Of a stretch of DNA of 43,548 bases, positions 8,162-17,201 are shown piece by piece. The notes under the pieces are model-generated. The model saw only the letters and a list, made by a program, of their open reading frames with translations, did no database searches and was not told the origin of the DNA. Numbering within the stretch: the first letter of the stretch is position 1; each line of letters opens with the position of its first letter. Made by a program: the position numbers and the translations under genes. The stretch is taken from positions 1 through 43,548 of the IMG/VR virus record IMGVR_UViG_3300026187_000029; one strand, written 5' to 3'. This DNA comes from a virus (lineage: Duplodnaviria; Caudoviricetes).

Positions 8162-9141
8162 TGCCTAATTATCAAGGCGTTTGGTCGCTCTCCGCGCAGT
8201 ATCAAAATGCAGAACTGTGGGGTGTCCAGCTTTTGGGGTCGGGAACAGCGGTTGCGTTTGGCGGTGTTTCGGGCAATGGTAGCCCTGAGTGGGCCAACGC
8301 AGACTATATAAACATTGCCACAACTGGAAATGCCGCCGACTTTGGTGATATGCCATATACTTGCGAAAGAGGGGCAAGTTGCGCGTCATCTACCAAGTTT
8401 ATTTACTTTCCCGGTCAAAAAAATAATTCCCAAAGCCAAACAATGTCGTCGCGTTTTTTTGCGTCAGGATCGGACACTGTTGATTTTGGAAGCTATACGC
8501 CAGAAAACAGCTATCTTGACGCCCCGTCGGGGTGTTCAAACTCAACTAGGGGCGTTCTTGGCGGCGGCAGTGGAGCTAATTCTCCTTATCAAATGAACAC
8601 CCTTTACTACATAACGCTTGCCTCTCTTGGTGATGCAAGTGATTTTGGGGATTTAAGTGCGGGACGTAGTTTTTTATCAGGTCTTGCATCTTCGACTAGA
8701 GGTGTTTTTTCGGGAGGCCGTGAAGAGACAACCAACCCGACAAACAGGATGGATTACGTCACGATTGCGTCTACTGGGAATGCGACAGATTTTGGCGACC
8801 TTACTGCCGCAAGAAGAGAGGTGGCTGGGGCGGCATCCTCTACTCGCGGTGTAAATGGCGGCGGCAACACCGGAACGTATTCCAATATTATTGATTACAT
8901 CACCATAGCAACTACCGGAAACGCCACAGATTTTGGCGACCTGACTCTCTCAATGTTTGGGACAGCGGCGGCATCAACAGAGTCGCGGGCGGTTTGGTTT
9001 GGCGGGTATACCGGATCAACGCGAAACGTTATTCAGTACGTCACTATAGCGACCACTGGAAACGCGGTTGACTTTGGTGATTTAGCGCAAGGAAGGTGGC
9101 GTTTGATGGCGGCATCTAACGCCCACGGAGGGCTGTCCTAA
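8161..9141 (+). CDS. six-repeat beta-propeller (kelch-like) virion protein
   Basis: 326 aa, GVWSL N-terminal motif, 6 x IDYxTIAxTGNAxDFGDL-like repeats, ends SNAHGGLS. Confidence 0.75.
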   Translation: MPNYQGVWSLSAQYQNAELWGVQLLGSGTAVAFGGVSGNGSPEWANADYINIATTGNAADFGDMPYTCERGASCASSTKFIYFPGQKNNSQSQTMSSRFFASGSDTVDFGSYTPENSYLDAPSGCSNSTRGVLGGGSGANSPYQMNTLYYITLASLGDASDFGDLSAGRSFLSGLASSTRGVFSGGREETTNPTNRMDYVTIASTGNATDFGDLTAARREVAGAASSTRGVNGGGNTGTYSNIIDYITIATTGNATDFGDLTLSMFGTAAASTESRAVWFGGYTGSTRNVIQYVTIATTGNAVDFGDLAQGRWRLMAASNAHGGLS

Positions 9142-10166
9142 TGTCCAAGCGTTACCAAGGCAACATTATTACTGACTCTCCGGTTGAGCCAAGCGGCCCG
9201 TATGAAGACAGTGCCGCAAGCGGCGTTTGGAGTCTTGCAGAAGCAGAAGCATATACCCGAGGCGGTTTGTGGCCGACTGCTGGAAATCCTGCGCCAGTTG
9301 GCTTGTTTACAGGCGGCTACACAGGAAGCGCAAGCGTAGCAAGCATTGACAAGATTTTGTTTGCAACGGCTGGGAATGCAACTGATTATGGAGATATGAG
9401 CGCGGGGGGTTTAAGAAATGCCGCCGTGGGTTCTTCGACAAGAATGGTTACTCAGCTTGGAAATTCTGGCGGCAATGTAAACACTTTGGAGTATGGCGAG
9501 TTTGCTACGTCTGCGAACACTGTAGACTTTGGGGATTTGACTGTCGCTAGAAGTGCTGGCACTGCATTTTCTAGCTCTACTCGCGGTATTTGGGCGGCAG
9601 GAAGCAGTCAAAATACGATTGATTACATAACTATTGCGTCCACTGGCAATGCCCTTGATTTTGGAGATTGTCTTTCTCCTTTTAATGACACTCCCGGCGG
9701 CTGTGCATCTACGACTCGGGGCGTTATGGCGGGAGGTCAATCGAATACGCTTGGCGATTACTCTAACGTCATCCAGTACGTCACTATAGACACAACGGGC
9801 AATATGACGGATTTTGGTGATTTGACTGTAGGCCGCAACTCATTAACTGGGGCATCAAGCGCAACGCGGGGTGTTTTTGCTGGTGGAAACCCTCCGGGCT
9901 ACAGCAATGTCATTGACTATATAACTATTGCAACTACCGGAAACGCCACAGATTTTGGCGACCTTACCTTGGCTAGAAGAGAGGTTGGGGGCATGGCGGG
10001 ATCAACAAGGGCTGTTTTTGGGGGCGGGAATACGCCTACTGTGCAGAATGTTATGGATTTTATAACAATAGCAACAACCGGAAACGCATCAGATTTTGGC
10101 GATTTGACTCAGGCGCTTTACGGCATAAGTCAAGGCGCGTCTAACTCGCACGGGGGCATCGCCTAA
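9141..10166 (+). CDS. six-repeat beta-propeller (kelch-like) virion protein
   Basis: 341 aa, ASGVWSL motif, 6 repeats, ends SNSHGGIA. Confidence 0.75.
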   Translation: MSKRYQGNIITDSPVEPSGPYEDSAASGVWSLAEAEAYTRGGLWPTAGNPAPVGLFTGGYTGSASVASIDKILFATAGNATDYGDMSAGGLRNAAVGSSTRMVTQLGNSGGNVNTLEYGEFATSANTVDFGDLTVARSAGTAFSSSTRGIWAAGSSQNTIDYITIASTGNALDFGDCLSPFNDTPGGCASTTRGVMAGGQSNTLGDYSNVIQYVTIDTTGNMTDFGDLTVGRNSLTGASSATRGVFAGGNPPGYSNVIDYITIATTGNATDFGDLTLARREVGGMAGSTRAVFGGGNTPTVQNVMDFITIATTGNASDFGDLTQALYGISQGASNSHGGIA

Positions 10167-11014
10167 TGTTAAAAGCAAAAGACAAAAAAGAATTAGTCGC
10201 GCAGGATATTAATATCCACCTCCCTGCGGCAAAGCCAGAATACAAGTCCATGCTGGCTAACATACAGGAAAAAGCTCCTGCGATAGCGCAGGCGTCCAGC
10301 AACTTCTACAAGTCGCACTCACAAATGATGAGCGTGACACTGGATGTAACAGCCATTACCCCGATCCGCTCTGTCAAACACAGCTTGGCGGAGATTGAAA
10401 AGACCAAGGCGGCTTTGCAGGAAGGTTACTTCCGCATGAAAAAGGATGAGGTCAAGCTCAAAAAGATTGAGCGCAAGATCACTCAGGAAGAGGATCATTT
10501 GGAGCGCGAACTGCTTGAAATTAAGCGCGATGAGTTGATTGCTAAGGCTGAGTCATCACGGGGTTATGTAGAGGGCGCAATTCGCAAGCTGAATTTCTTT
10601 ACCAACCAGTATGACAGCCTGATGGAAAAGCTGGGCAAAGACACCCTGACCGAAGAAGATTACGAAGAAGAAGAGATCAAATACCACATTATGACCTGTA
10701 TGAAGCAGGCGCTAAATGCCGCCAGAAGTCGTAATGGCATGATTGACGAAGGCAACTTGATCTACATATTCGATCTGGGCATTAACGCCGCCCAAGCGCA
10801 AGCCGAGGTGTTTTCATACCTTCAATGGGAGAACGAATTGGTCAAGCAGGGTAAAGCGCCAGAGCATCATCACACGGTGCAATGGCTAGAAGGCTGTGCT
10901 GAAAAGTGGAAGCATTGCCCAACAAATTTTGCAAGCAGTAGAGGTTTCCAGATTATGGATAGAACCTCATTAACAAACACTCCGCTATTAAAGGACGCTA
11001 GTGATGCCGCATAA
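10166..11014 (+). CDS. coiled-coil hypothetical protein
   Basis: 282 aa, helical and charged, TAATG-coupled to the propeller genes. Confidence 0.7.
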   Translation: MLKAKDKKELVAQDINIHLPAAKPEYKSMLANIQEKAPAIAQASSNFYKSHSQMMSVTLDVTAITPIRSVKHSLAEIEKTKAALQEGYFRMKKDEVKLKKIERKITQEEDHLERELLEIKRDELIAKAESSRGYVEGAIRKLNFFTNQYDSLMEKLGKDTLTEEDYEEEEIKYHIMTCMKQALNAARSRNGMIDEGNLIYIFDLGINAAQAQAEVFSYLQWENELVKQGKAPEHHHTVQWLEGCAEKWKHCPTNFASSRGFQIMDRTSLTNTPLLKDASDAA

Positions 11015-11354
11015 AGTAGTGAAGTACAGGCTTACGGAGTCTGGAACAATTCCAACGTTTTTAAAGTTTGGTGTACCGCAATGTACGGGCGGAATGTATG
11101 CCGTGCCTGACAGTGAAACAGCCAGCCCACAAGATTGGATTCTGTTAGGAATTTCTGACGATGGCGCAGACATTTCTGGCGCTATTGAGGAAGTTGCCTC
11201 GCAAGCAGACTTGGAAACATACCTGTCTACTCAAGCCACTGCAAATAGCTGGACAGATCCAGACCCTAATGACCCAGACGCAACAGTGGCGTTTGACGCG
11301 GCGGCTCATGCCACTCGCGTGTGGGATGACCTGACCGCGCTAAATGGCGGTTAA
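11001..11354 (+). CDS. hypothetical protein
   Basis: 117 aa acidic ORF overlapping the previous stop. Confidence 0.65.
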   Translation: MMPHKVVKYRLTESGTIPTFLKFGVPQCTGGMYAVPDSETASPQDWILLGISDDGADISGAIEEVASQADLETYLSTQATANSWTDPDPNDPDATVAFDAAAHATRVWDDLTALNGG

Positions 11355-11369
11355 TTGAGCAACTAATGA

Positions 11370-11846
11370 ATGGACCCTTTGAGCTTGGTAGCAATGGCCT
11401 CGACCACATTCAAGGGGTTGCAGGTACTGGTTAGTAAAGGGGCCGAAATAGAGCATGTGGCTCAGAAGCTGGGCCACTGGTACACGCTGGTATCTGATAT
11501 TAATCAAGCCGAGCGCGAAGCGGAAAATCCGCCCCTCTTCAAGAAAATGTTTGACGGCTCTTCTGTCGAGGAGCAGGCGTTAAATGCTGTTATTGCCAAG
11601 AAGAAAATAGAAGAGCAGAACAGGCAAATCCGCGAACTGATCATGTACGCATACGGCGAAGAAACCTACCGCGAAATGCTACAAATGCGTAAGGACATTA
11701 GGGCCAAGCGGGAAAAAATGATTTACAAACAGCGGCGGAGACAGCGTCGTATGCTTGACGTGTCAGCATTAGTAATGGCGCTTATTTTTTCTGGCGGCGT
11801 CATTTATTTCACACTCAACCTTATTCAATCACTGAGGAGCGCGTAA
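11370..11846 (+). CDS. hypothetical protein with C-terminal transmembrane helix
   Basis: 158 aa, coiled coil, then RRRQRR and a hydrophobic segment. Confidence 0.65.
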   Translation: MDPLSLVAMASTTFKGLQVLVSKGAEIEHVAQKLGHWYTLVSDINQAEREAENPPLFKKMFDGSSVEEQALNAVIAKKKIEEQNRQIRELIMYAYGEETYREMLQMRKDIRAKREKMIYKQRRRQRRMLDVSALVMALIFSGGVIYFTLNLIQSLRSA

Positions 11847-11876
11847 TGCGTAAGCTACTTGCACTTGGAGGTGGTA

Positions 11877-12128
11877 ATGGATCAGGGCATGATTAACACA
11901 ATTATCACCCTTGCTGGCGGTGTTTTTGGCTGGTTGCTCAAGACGCTATGGGACTCTGTGCGTATGCTGGAAAGGACAGACGACATGATCATCGAAAAGG
12001 TCAACAGGGTTGAAGTCTTGGTCGCTGGGGAATATGTCCGCCGCGAAGAGTTTCAAGATGGCATTCAGCGCCTTTTTAGCAAGCTGGACCAGATAGAGGC
12101 CAAGATCGACCAAAAGGCGGACAAGTAA
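11877..12128 (+). CDS. small membrane/coiled-coil protein
   Basis: Start moved to ATG 11877 (SD GGAGG at 11867-11871); N-terminal TM, EYVRREEF motif. Confidence 0.65.
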   Translation: MDQGMINTIITLAGGVFGWLLKTLWDSVRMLERTDDMIIEKVNRVEVLVAGEYVRREEFQDGIQRLFSKLDQIEAKIDQKADK

Positions 12129-12134
12129 TAAGCC

Positions 12135-12917
12135 ATGCTCGGGTCTCGTAGCTTTTCGGCATCGGCATTCAGCGAAAGCCCAGATGGCCCAGTAGGCGTT
12201 CAAGGCGTTTCCGCAACAGGCGCCGTTGATTCGGTGACCGTTACTGGCGATGCTGTCGTTTCGGTCACCGGGGTTGAGGCCACTGGTGGTGTTGGCACAG
12301 CAACGGCCCAGTTTCCTGTTGGTGTAGCGGTTACGGGCATATCTGGCACAGCGTCAGTTGGCTCGGCAATAGGATCAATTCCCGTTTCTGTTAGCGTAAC
12401 GGGAGTTGGCGCTACCACACCCATGACTGCCGCAGGGGCTGGAGGCCCGCTGTTTGGTGGGATGGCGTTCAGTCAGGAATCGTTCTCCTCTCTGGCAGAT
12501 GGCCCTCTTGACATTGTAGTCCGCGAAGGCGCAGGGGCGATTTTGACAGGCGTCGAGGCTACTGGCGAAGTTGGCTCTGTGGCAGTCGATGGGGCCGCGA
12601 ATGTTCCCGTCACCGGCCTCTCTGCAACGGGATCAGTAGATAGTGTCAGTGTCATCGGCGAAGCCAACGTCAGCCCGACAGGACTAGCCGCCACAGGGGT
12701 TGTCGGCACCGCCACGGTTGTCGAGGGGACTGGCGTCAACGTCCTGCTTAGCTCCCCAAGGCTTCAGGGCTCTGTCGGCATTGTCCAGCCCAACGCACAG
12801 GTCAAGGTGTTCCTGACGGGCGTTGCGGGGACAGGCGAGACATCTGGAGCATCTGTTGTTTCGTGGAACGAAATCATTCCTAACCAAGACCCGAACTGGG
12901 TTGAAATTGCGGCGTAG
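12135..12917 (+). CDS. virion protein with VTGVxATGxVG repeats
   Basis: 260 aa, ~20-aa V/G/T/A repeats, C-terminal WNEI...W. Confidence 0.7.
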   Translation: MLGSRSFSASAFSESPDGPVGVQGVSATGAVDSVTVTGDAVVSVTGVEATGGVGTATAQFPVGVAVTGISGTASVGSAIGSIPVSVSVTGVGATTPMTAAGAGGPLFGGMAFSQESFSSLADGPLDIVVREGAGAILTGVEATGEVGSVAVDGAANVPVTGLSATGSVDSVSVIGEANVSPTGLAATGVVGTATVVEGTGVNVLLSSPRLQGSVGIVQPNAQVKVFLTGVAGTGETSGASVVSWNEIIPNQDPNWVEIAA

Positions 12918-12925
12918 GGGAAACC

Positions 12926-13897
12926 ATGCCTAGTACATATACAACAAATCTCGGCATCGAAAAGATCACAACCGGCGATCAGGCTGGCTTGTGGGGTGCC
13001 ACCACCAACACAAACTTCGACATCATTGATCAGGCGGTCAACGGGATTGTTGCCGCAACGCTTGCGTCTGCTGGCTCCTCAGGCGCTCCTAACACGTTAG
13101 ATATAACAAATGGTTCTACGTCAGACGGCAGAAACAAGTTTATTGAGCTTACGGATGGTGGCGATTTAGGGGCAACTGCCTACGTCCAGCTTACTCCAAA
13201 TGATGCAGAGAAGATCGTCTTTGTAAGAAACAGTCTTTCCGGCGGCAGGGCGGTGATTATCTTCCAAGGGACGTACAGCGCGTCCAACGACTTTGAGTTA
13301 GCGAATGGGAAGGATGCTGTCCTGAAGTTTAATGGGGCGGGCGCTGGCGCTACAGTGACGCAGGTGTTTGAGGATCTTGTTGCCACCAATGTAACGGCTA
13401 GTTTGACGGGCGATGTGACAGGCAATGTGACAGGAAATGTCACTGGTGCGGTTACAGGTAACGTGTCAGGAAATTTGACAGGCAACGTGACCGGAGACGT
13501 TACGGGCAATGTCACAGGCAATATCACTTCATCTGGAACGTCATCCTTCTCCAATATAGATGCGAATGGCGGGGCAATAGACGGGGTAGTGATTGGCGCC
13601 AACTCTGCGGCGGCAGGCACATTTACCAATCTAACGGCATCAGGAACGTCAACCCTTACCACAGTTGACATAAATGCCGGTGACATCGACGGGACTAACA
13701 TTGGTGCGGCCACCCCCGGCGCAGGCACTTTTAGTGCGCTTGCGACAACGAGCGATCACGTCAGGATTGATACCCCTCAAACACCAGCAAGTTCCTCTGC
13801 ATCCGGCACAGCCGGAGAGATAGCGTGGGATACAAACTACATATATGTGTGTGTCGCAACAAACTCATGGAAAAGGGTCGCACTGTCCACATTCTAA
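12926..13897 (+). CDS. tail fibre protein
   Basis: 323 aa, MPSTYTT.LG.E...WG.TTN.N N-terminus, GNVT repeats, GxIDGxxIG repeats, GEIAWD.NYIYVC...WKR C-terminus. Confidence 0.75.
   Translation: MPSTYTTNLGIEKITTGDQAGLWGATTNTNFDIIDQAVNGIVAATLASAGSSGAPNTLDITNGSTSDGRNKFIELTDGGDLGATAYVQLTPNDAEKIVFVRNSLSGGRAVIIFQGTYSASNDFELANGKDAVLKFNGAGAGATVTQVFEDLVATNVTASLTGDVTGNVTGNVTGAVTGNVSGNLTGNVTGDVTGNVTGNITSSGTSSFSNIDANGGAIDGVVIGANSAAAGTFTNLTASGTSTLTTVDINAGDIDGTNIGAATPGAGTFSALATTSDHVRIDTPQTPASSSASGTAGEIAWDTNYIYVCVATNSWKRVALSTF
13409..13528 (+). repeat. 12-bp tandem repeat encoding about ten G[ND][VL]T units
   Basis: GDVTGNVTGNVTGAVTGNVSGNLTGNVTGDVTGNVTGNIT. Confidence 0.85.
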
Positions 13898-13906
13898 GGA
13901 GGTGCC

Positions 13907-14281
13907 ATGTTACAAGCACTGATAGGGCCGGTAGCTAATCTTGTTGGCGGTTTTCTCAACAACAAGCATGAACAGGCGCAGGCCAAGCACCAAGCAAAAC
14001 TACAGGTAATTCAGAATGATGCCGATTGGGAAAGCAAGATGGCGGCGGCGTCCGGCAATAGCTGGAAGGACGAGTTCTGGACGATTGTTCTCGCGGTTCC
14101 GCTCTTTTGCCTTGGATATTCTGTTGTGGTTGATGACCCCGCTATTCTTCAGCGCGTTTCTGACAGCTTTGACGCTCTGGATACTCTGCCTGATTGGTAT
14201 CAGTATTTATTGTTCCTTGCGGTATCCGCGTCCTTCGGGATCAGGGGTGCTGATAAGCTGATGAAGCTGAGGGCGAAATGA
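13907..14281 (+). CDS. holin-like membrane protein (3TM/GTA-holin type)
   Basis: 124 aa, SWKDE.WT, LPDWYQY...ASFGIR; SD AGGAGG; upstream of the endolysin. Confidence 0.65.
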   Translation: MLQALIGPVANLVGGFLNNKHEQAQAKHQAKLQVIQNDADWESKMAAASGNSWKDEFWTIVLAVPLFCLGYSVVVDDPAILQRVSDSFDALDTLPDWYQYLLFLAVSASFGIRGADKLMKLRAK

Positions 14282-14478
14282 CACCTGAGCAATTAAATTC
14301 ATGGCGCGTTATTCCCAGACTGCTGATGCTGGCAATGCTGGTGATGACCTACCGCGTAGTTGAGTGGTTTATGGCGCTACCTGAGCCCACGCTTGAGCAG
14401 GCGGGTCTGGTTTCTGTCATGACTGGCGCACTGACGGGCGCGTTTGGCTTGTTTCTTGGGTCTGGCAAAAAAGAATGA
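14278..14478 (+). CDS. small two-TM membrane protein in the lysis cassette
   Basis: 66 aa, WRVIPR...WFM.L..PT.EQ. Confidence 0.6.
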   Translation: MTPEQLNSWRVIPRLLMLAMLVMTYRVVEWFMALPEPTLEQAGLVSVMTGALTGAFGLFLGSGKKE

Positions 14479-14825
14479 GCGAGTTTAAGTATTTCAAGCT
14501 GTCTGACTTCGACTGTCAAGAGACAGGCGAGAATGAGATGGACTTGGATTTCATCATGGATCTGGATGAGCTACGTGAAGCCTGTGGGTTCCCGTTTATT
14601 ATCACCTCGGGATACCGCTCAAACAGGCATAGCTTGGAGGCGAAGAAGGAAAAGCCGGGAATGCACGCCTATGGCATAGCGGCTGACATTCAGGTTCGGG
14701 ACGGCTCTGAGCGCATGCTGATCGTCCGAAAGGCGATTGAGATGGGATTTGGTGGGGTGGGAGTGGCCAAGTCATTTGTTCATGTAGACAAACGTCAATC
14801 GACGCCAGTGATGTGGGTATACTGA
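14475..14825 (+). CDS. endolysin, peptidase M15A family
   Basis: 116 aa, ITSGYR, H..G.AADI, GVGV...FVHVD zinc-peptidase motifs. Confidence 0.85.
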   Translation: MSEFKYFKLSDFDCQETGENEMDLDFIMDLDELREACGFPFIITSGYRSNRHSLEAKKEKPGMHAYGIAADIQVRDGSERMLIVRKAIEMGFGGVGVAKSFVHVDKRQSTPVMWVY

Positions 14826-16682
14826 GTGGCTCTTACCAAGATACAGTTCAAGCCGGGGATAGACAAAGAAGGCACCGAATACAGTGCTGACTCTGGCTGG
14901 TTTGATGCAGATAGGGTGCGGTTTAGGAAAGGCCGAGCGGAAACAATAGGCGGCTGGACTAAGTATGTCAGCACCGCGATTAAGGGCGTGGCGCGGTCCC
15001 TGTTTGACTGGGGTTCTGCGGATGGCAACAAATACCTCGGCATAGGCACAAACCTCAAGGTCTATGTCGAGACTGGCGGCATCATCTCTGACATCACGCC
15101 AATAAGGGCGACAACAGCCGCCGGAGACGTGACCTTCGCCGCGACTAACGGCTCGTCTACGCTGGTTGTCAGCGATACGGCGCACGGCGCTGTGGAAGGG
15201 GACTTTGTCACCTACTCAGGCGCGGTCTCTCTGGGCGGCAATGTTACTGCTGACGTGTTAAATCAAGAGTATCAGATAGACCTGATTGTTGACGCTAACT
15301 CGTACAATATTACCGCCAAGGACACCAGTGGGGCCACGGTCACAGCGAATGCTAGCGATACCGGCAATGGCGGCGCATCTGTGGTTGGCGTTTACCAGAT
15401 TAACACCGGCACCAACTTCTATGTGGACAGCACGGGATGGGGCGTAGGCGGTTGGGGTATCCCTGCTTTTGGCGAGTCCGTGGATCTGACGGTATCGAAC
15501 CAGCTTCGGCTGTACAGTCAGGACGCTTTTGGAGACGACCTGATTTTTAATCCAAGGGCTGGCGGAGTGTACTACTGGGACGAAAGTAGCGGCACGTCAA
15601 CTAGAGCAATACCGCTATCATCTCTTGGCGGCGCATCAAATACACCGACATCTGCACTACAAGTCATGGTCTCTGACATTGACAGGCACGTCATCTGTTT
15701 CGGGTGCAATCCACTAGGCTCATCGAGCATAGACCCGCTCTTGATCCGGTGGTCGGATCAGGAGAATGCTGGAGTTTGGACGCCAACGGCGACAAATAGC
15801 TCTGGCGGTCAGGTGCTGTCAACCGGAACCACCATTGTTGGCGCAATTAAGACAAGGCAAGAAATCCTGATCTTCACGGACGTGGGCATACAGGCCATGC
15901 GTTTTGTCGGCGCCCCGTTCATCTATTCTTTCTCTCCAGTGGCGGAGAATGTCAGCATAATCTCCCCGAAGGCTGGGGTTGCGGCGGCTGACGCGGTCTT
16001 TTTCATGGATCGAGAGGGGTTCTATGTGTACCGAGGTGCGGTGCAAAGACTGCCATGCTCGGTGCTGGACTATGTGTTTTCAAATCTCCAGTTTGACCAG
16101 AGGTTTAAGATATTTGCCACAACCAACCCTGATGACTCGGAAGTCACATGGCACTACCCCGTGGGGGGCGCAAGCGCAGACATCACAAACTACGTTACTT
16201 ATAACTATCTGGAAGAAAACTGGACAATCGGGACGCTGGATAGGGGCGCATATATCCACGCACCAACCAAAGAGTATCCGGTTGCGGCGTCAAACAGTAT
16301 TACTGACATAAACAATAATTACCTGTACATTCATGAGTTCGGGCACACCGCTGACGGAGAGCCCATGAACGCATACATTTCATCTGGGGGGATTGGGCTC
16401 GGAGACGGAGAGTCCTTTGTTTCTGTAAGGCGGGTAATCCCTGACTTCACCTTTAGGGGAAGGTCGTCTGCGGCAGACCTGTCTTTAGAGGTCAGGGGCA
16501 AGGACTTTCCACTGGACCCTGAGGCGGTGTTAGATACTGCCACCATTAATAGCTCAACAGGGCAGTACCATCTTCGGGCAAGAACCCGAGAGATGATAAT
16601 TAAAATATCGACAAACGGTTCTGAGTACGGCTGGACGCTGGGCGACTTGCGTTTTGACGTGAGAACGGACGGACGCCGCTAA
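14826..16682 (+). CDS. tail nozzle / tail tubular protein B-like
   Basis: 618 aa, FKPGI.KE...W.D.D.VRFR.G N-terminus, IRWSDQE, C-terminal G..R.D.R.DGRR; precedes the ejection genes. Confidence 0.7.
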   Translation: MALTKIQFKPGIDKEGTEYSADSGWFDADRVRFRKGRAETIGGWTKYVSTAIKGVARSLFDWGSADGNKYLGIGTNLKVYVETGGIISDITPIRATTAAGDVTFAATNGSSTLVVSDTAHGAVEGDFVTYSGAVSLGGNVTADVLNQEYQIDLIVDANSYNITAKDTSGATVTANASDTGNGGASVVGVYQINTGTNFYVDSTGWGVGGWGIPAFGESVDLTVSNQLRLYSQDAFGDDLIFNPRAGGVYYWDESSGTSTRAIPLSSLGGASNTPTSALQVMVSDIDRHVICFGCNPLGSSSIDPLLIRWSDQENAGVWTPTATNSSGGQVLSTGTTIVGAIKTRQEILIFTDVGIQAMRFVGAPFIYSFSPVAENVSIISPKAGVAAADAVFFMDREGFYVYRGAVQRLPCSVLDYVFSNLQFDQRFKIFATTNPDDSEVTWHYPVGGASADITNYVTYNYLEENWTIGTLDRGAYIHAPTKEYPVAASNSITDINNNYLYIHEFGHTADGEPMNAYISSGGIGLGDGESFVSVRRVIPDFTFRGRSSAADLSLEVRGKDFPLDPEAVLDTATINSSTGQYHLRARTREMIIKISTNGSEYGWTLGDLRFDVRTDGRR

Positions 16683-16879
16683 TGCCAAGATATACGACCC
16701 TGCCGGTAGCCAGCAAAGAGTACGAGCAACAGAATGAGCAGGTTGCCCGCAGGACGATAGAGCAATCGTTGCAGGATATATCCAGCACGGTAGAGGGCAA
16801 CACAAACAAGACCAATAAAGACTCGTCACTGGCCCTGCGCCGGTTTCAGTTCTTGTTGATGGGAGCTAGCAGTGGCTGA
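16682..16879 (+). CDS. small virion protein
   Basis: 65 aa, coupled, ends FLLMGA. Confidence 0.6.
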   Translation: MPRYTTLPVASKEYEQQNEQVARRTIEQSLQDISSTVEGNTNKTNKDSSLALRRFQFLLMGASSG

Positions 16880-17201
16880 CGTAATCAAGGTTCTTGGTCA
16901 AAGCGCCCCATCTGCCACAACCACAACAACGCTATACACAGTCCCGAATCTCAACCAGACCACCGTAAGCTCTCTGGTTATCTGCAATAGGACTGGAGGC
17001 GCCTTGACGTACCGGGTAAGCGTTCATGTGGCGGACGCGGCGGCGTCTAACGAGCAATACCTGTATTACGACAAGACGATAGCGGCAAATGAAACATTCT
17101 CTGCCGTGTTAGGACTAACTCTTAATCAAAGCGACGTGGTCAAGGTGTATGCTAGTAACACGGGCCTCAGCTTTAACATGTTTGGTGTAGAGACAAGCTA
17201 A
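16872..17201 (+). CDS. virion protein
   Basis: 109 aa, KVLGQSAP.ATT.TTLYTVP...SFN.FG.E. Confidence 0.7.
   Translation: MADVIKVLGQSAPSATTTTTLYTVPNLNQTTVSSLVICNRTGGALTYRVSVHVADAAASNEQYLYYDKTIAANETFSAVLGLTLNQSDVVKVYASNTGLSFNMFGVETS

Noticed and set aside
7280-10166. Regularly spaced DNA repeats that might be a CRISPR array or a DGR template/variable pair
   Set aside because: The repeats are degenerate at third codon positions and in frame within ORFs; no adenine-specific variation pattern and no reverse transcriptase in the window
11846-11896. 16-codon ORF (MRKLLALGGG...) with an upstream GAGGAG
   Set aside because: Too short, overlaps the next gene's start, and has no further support
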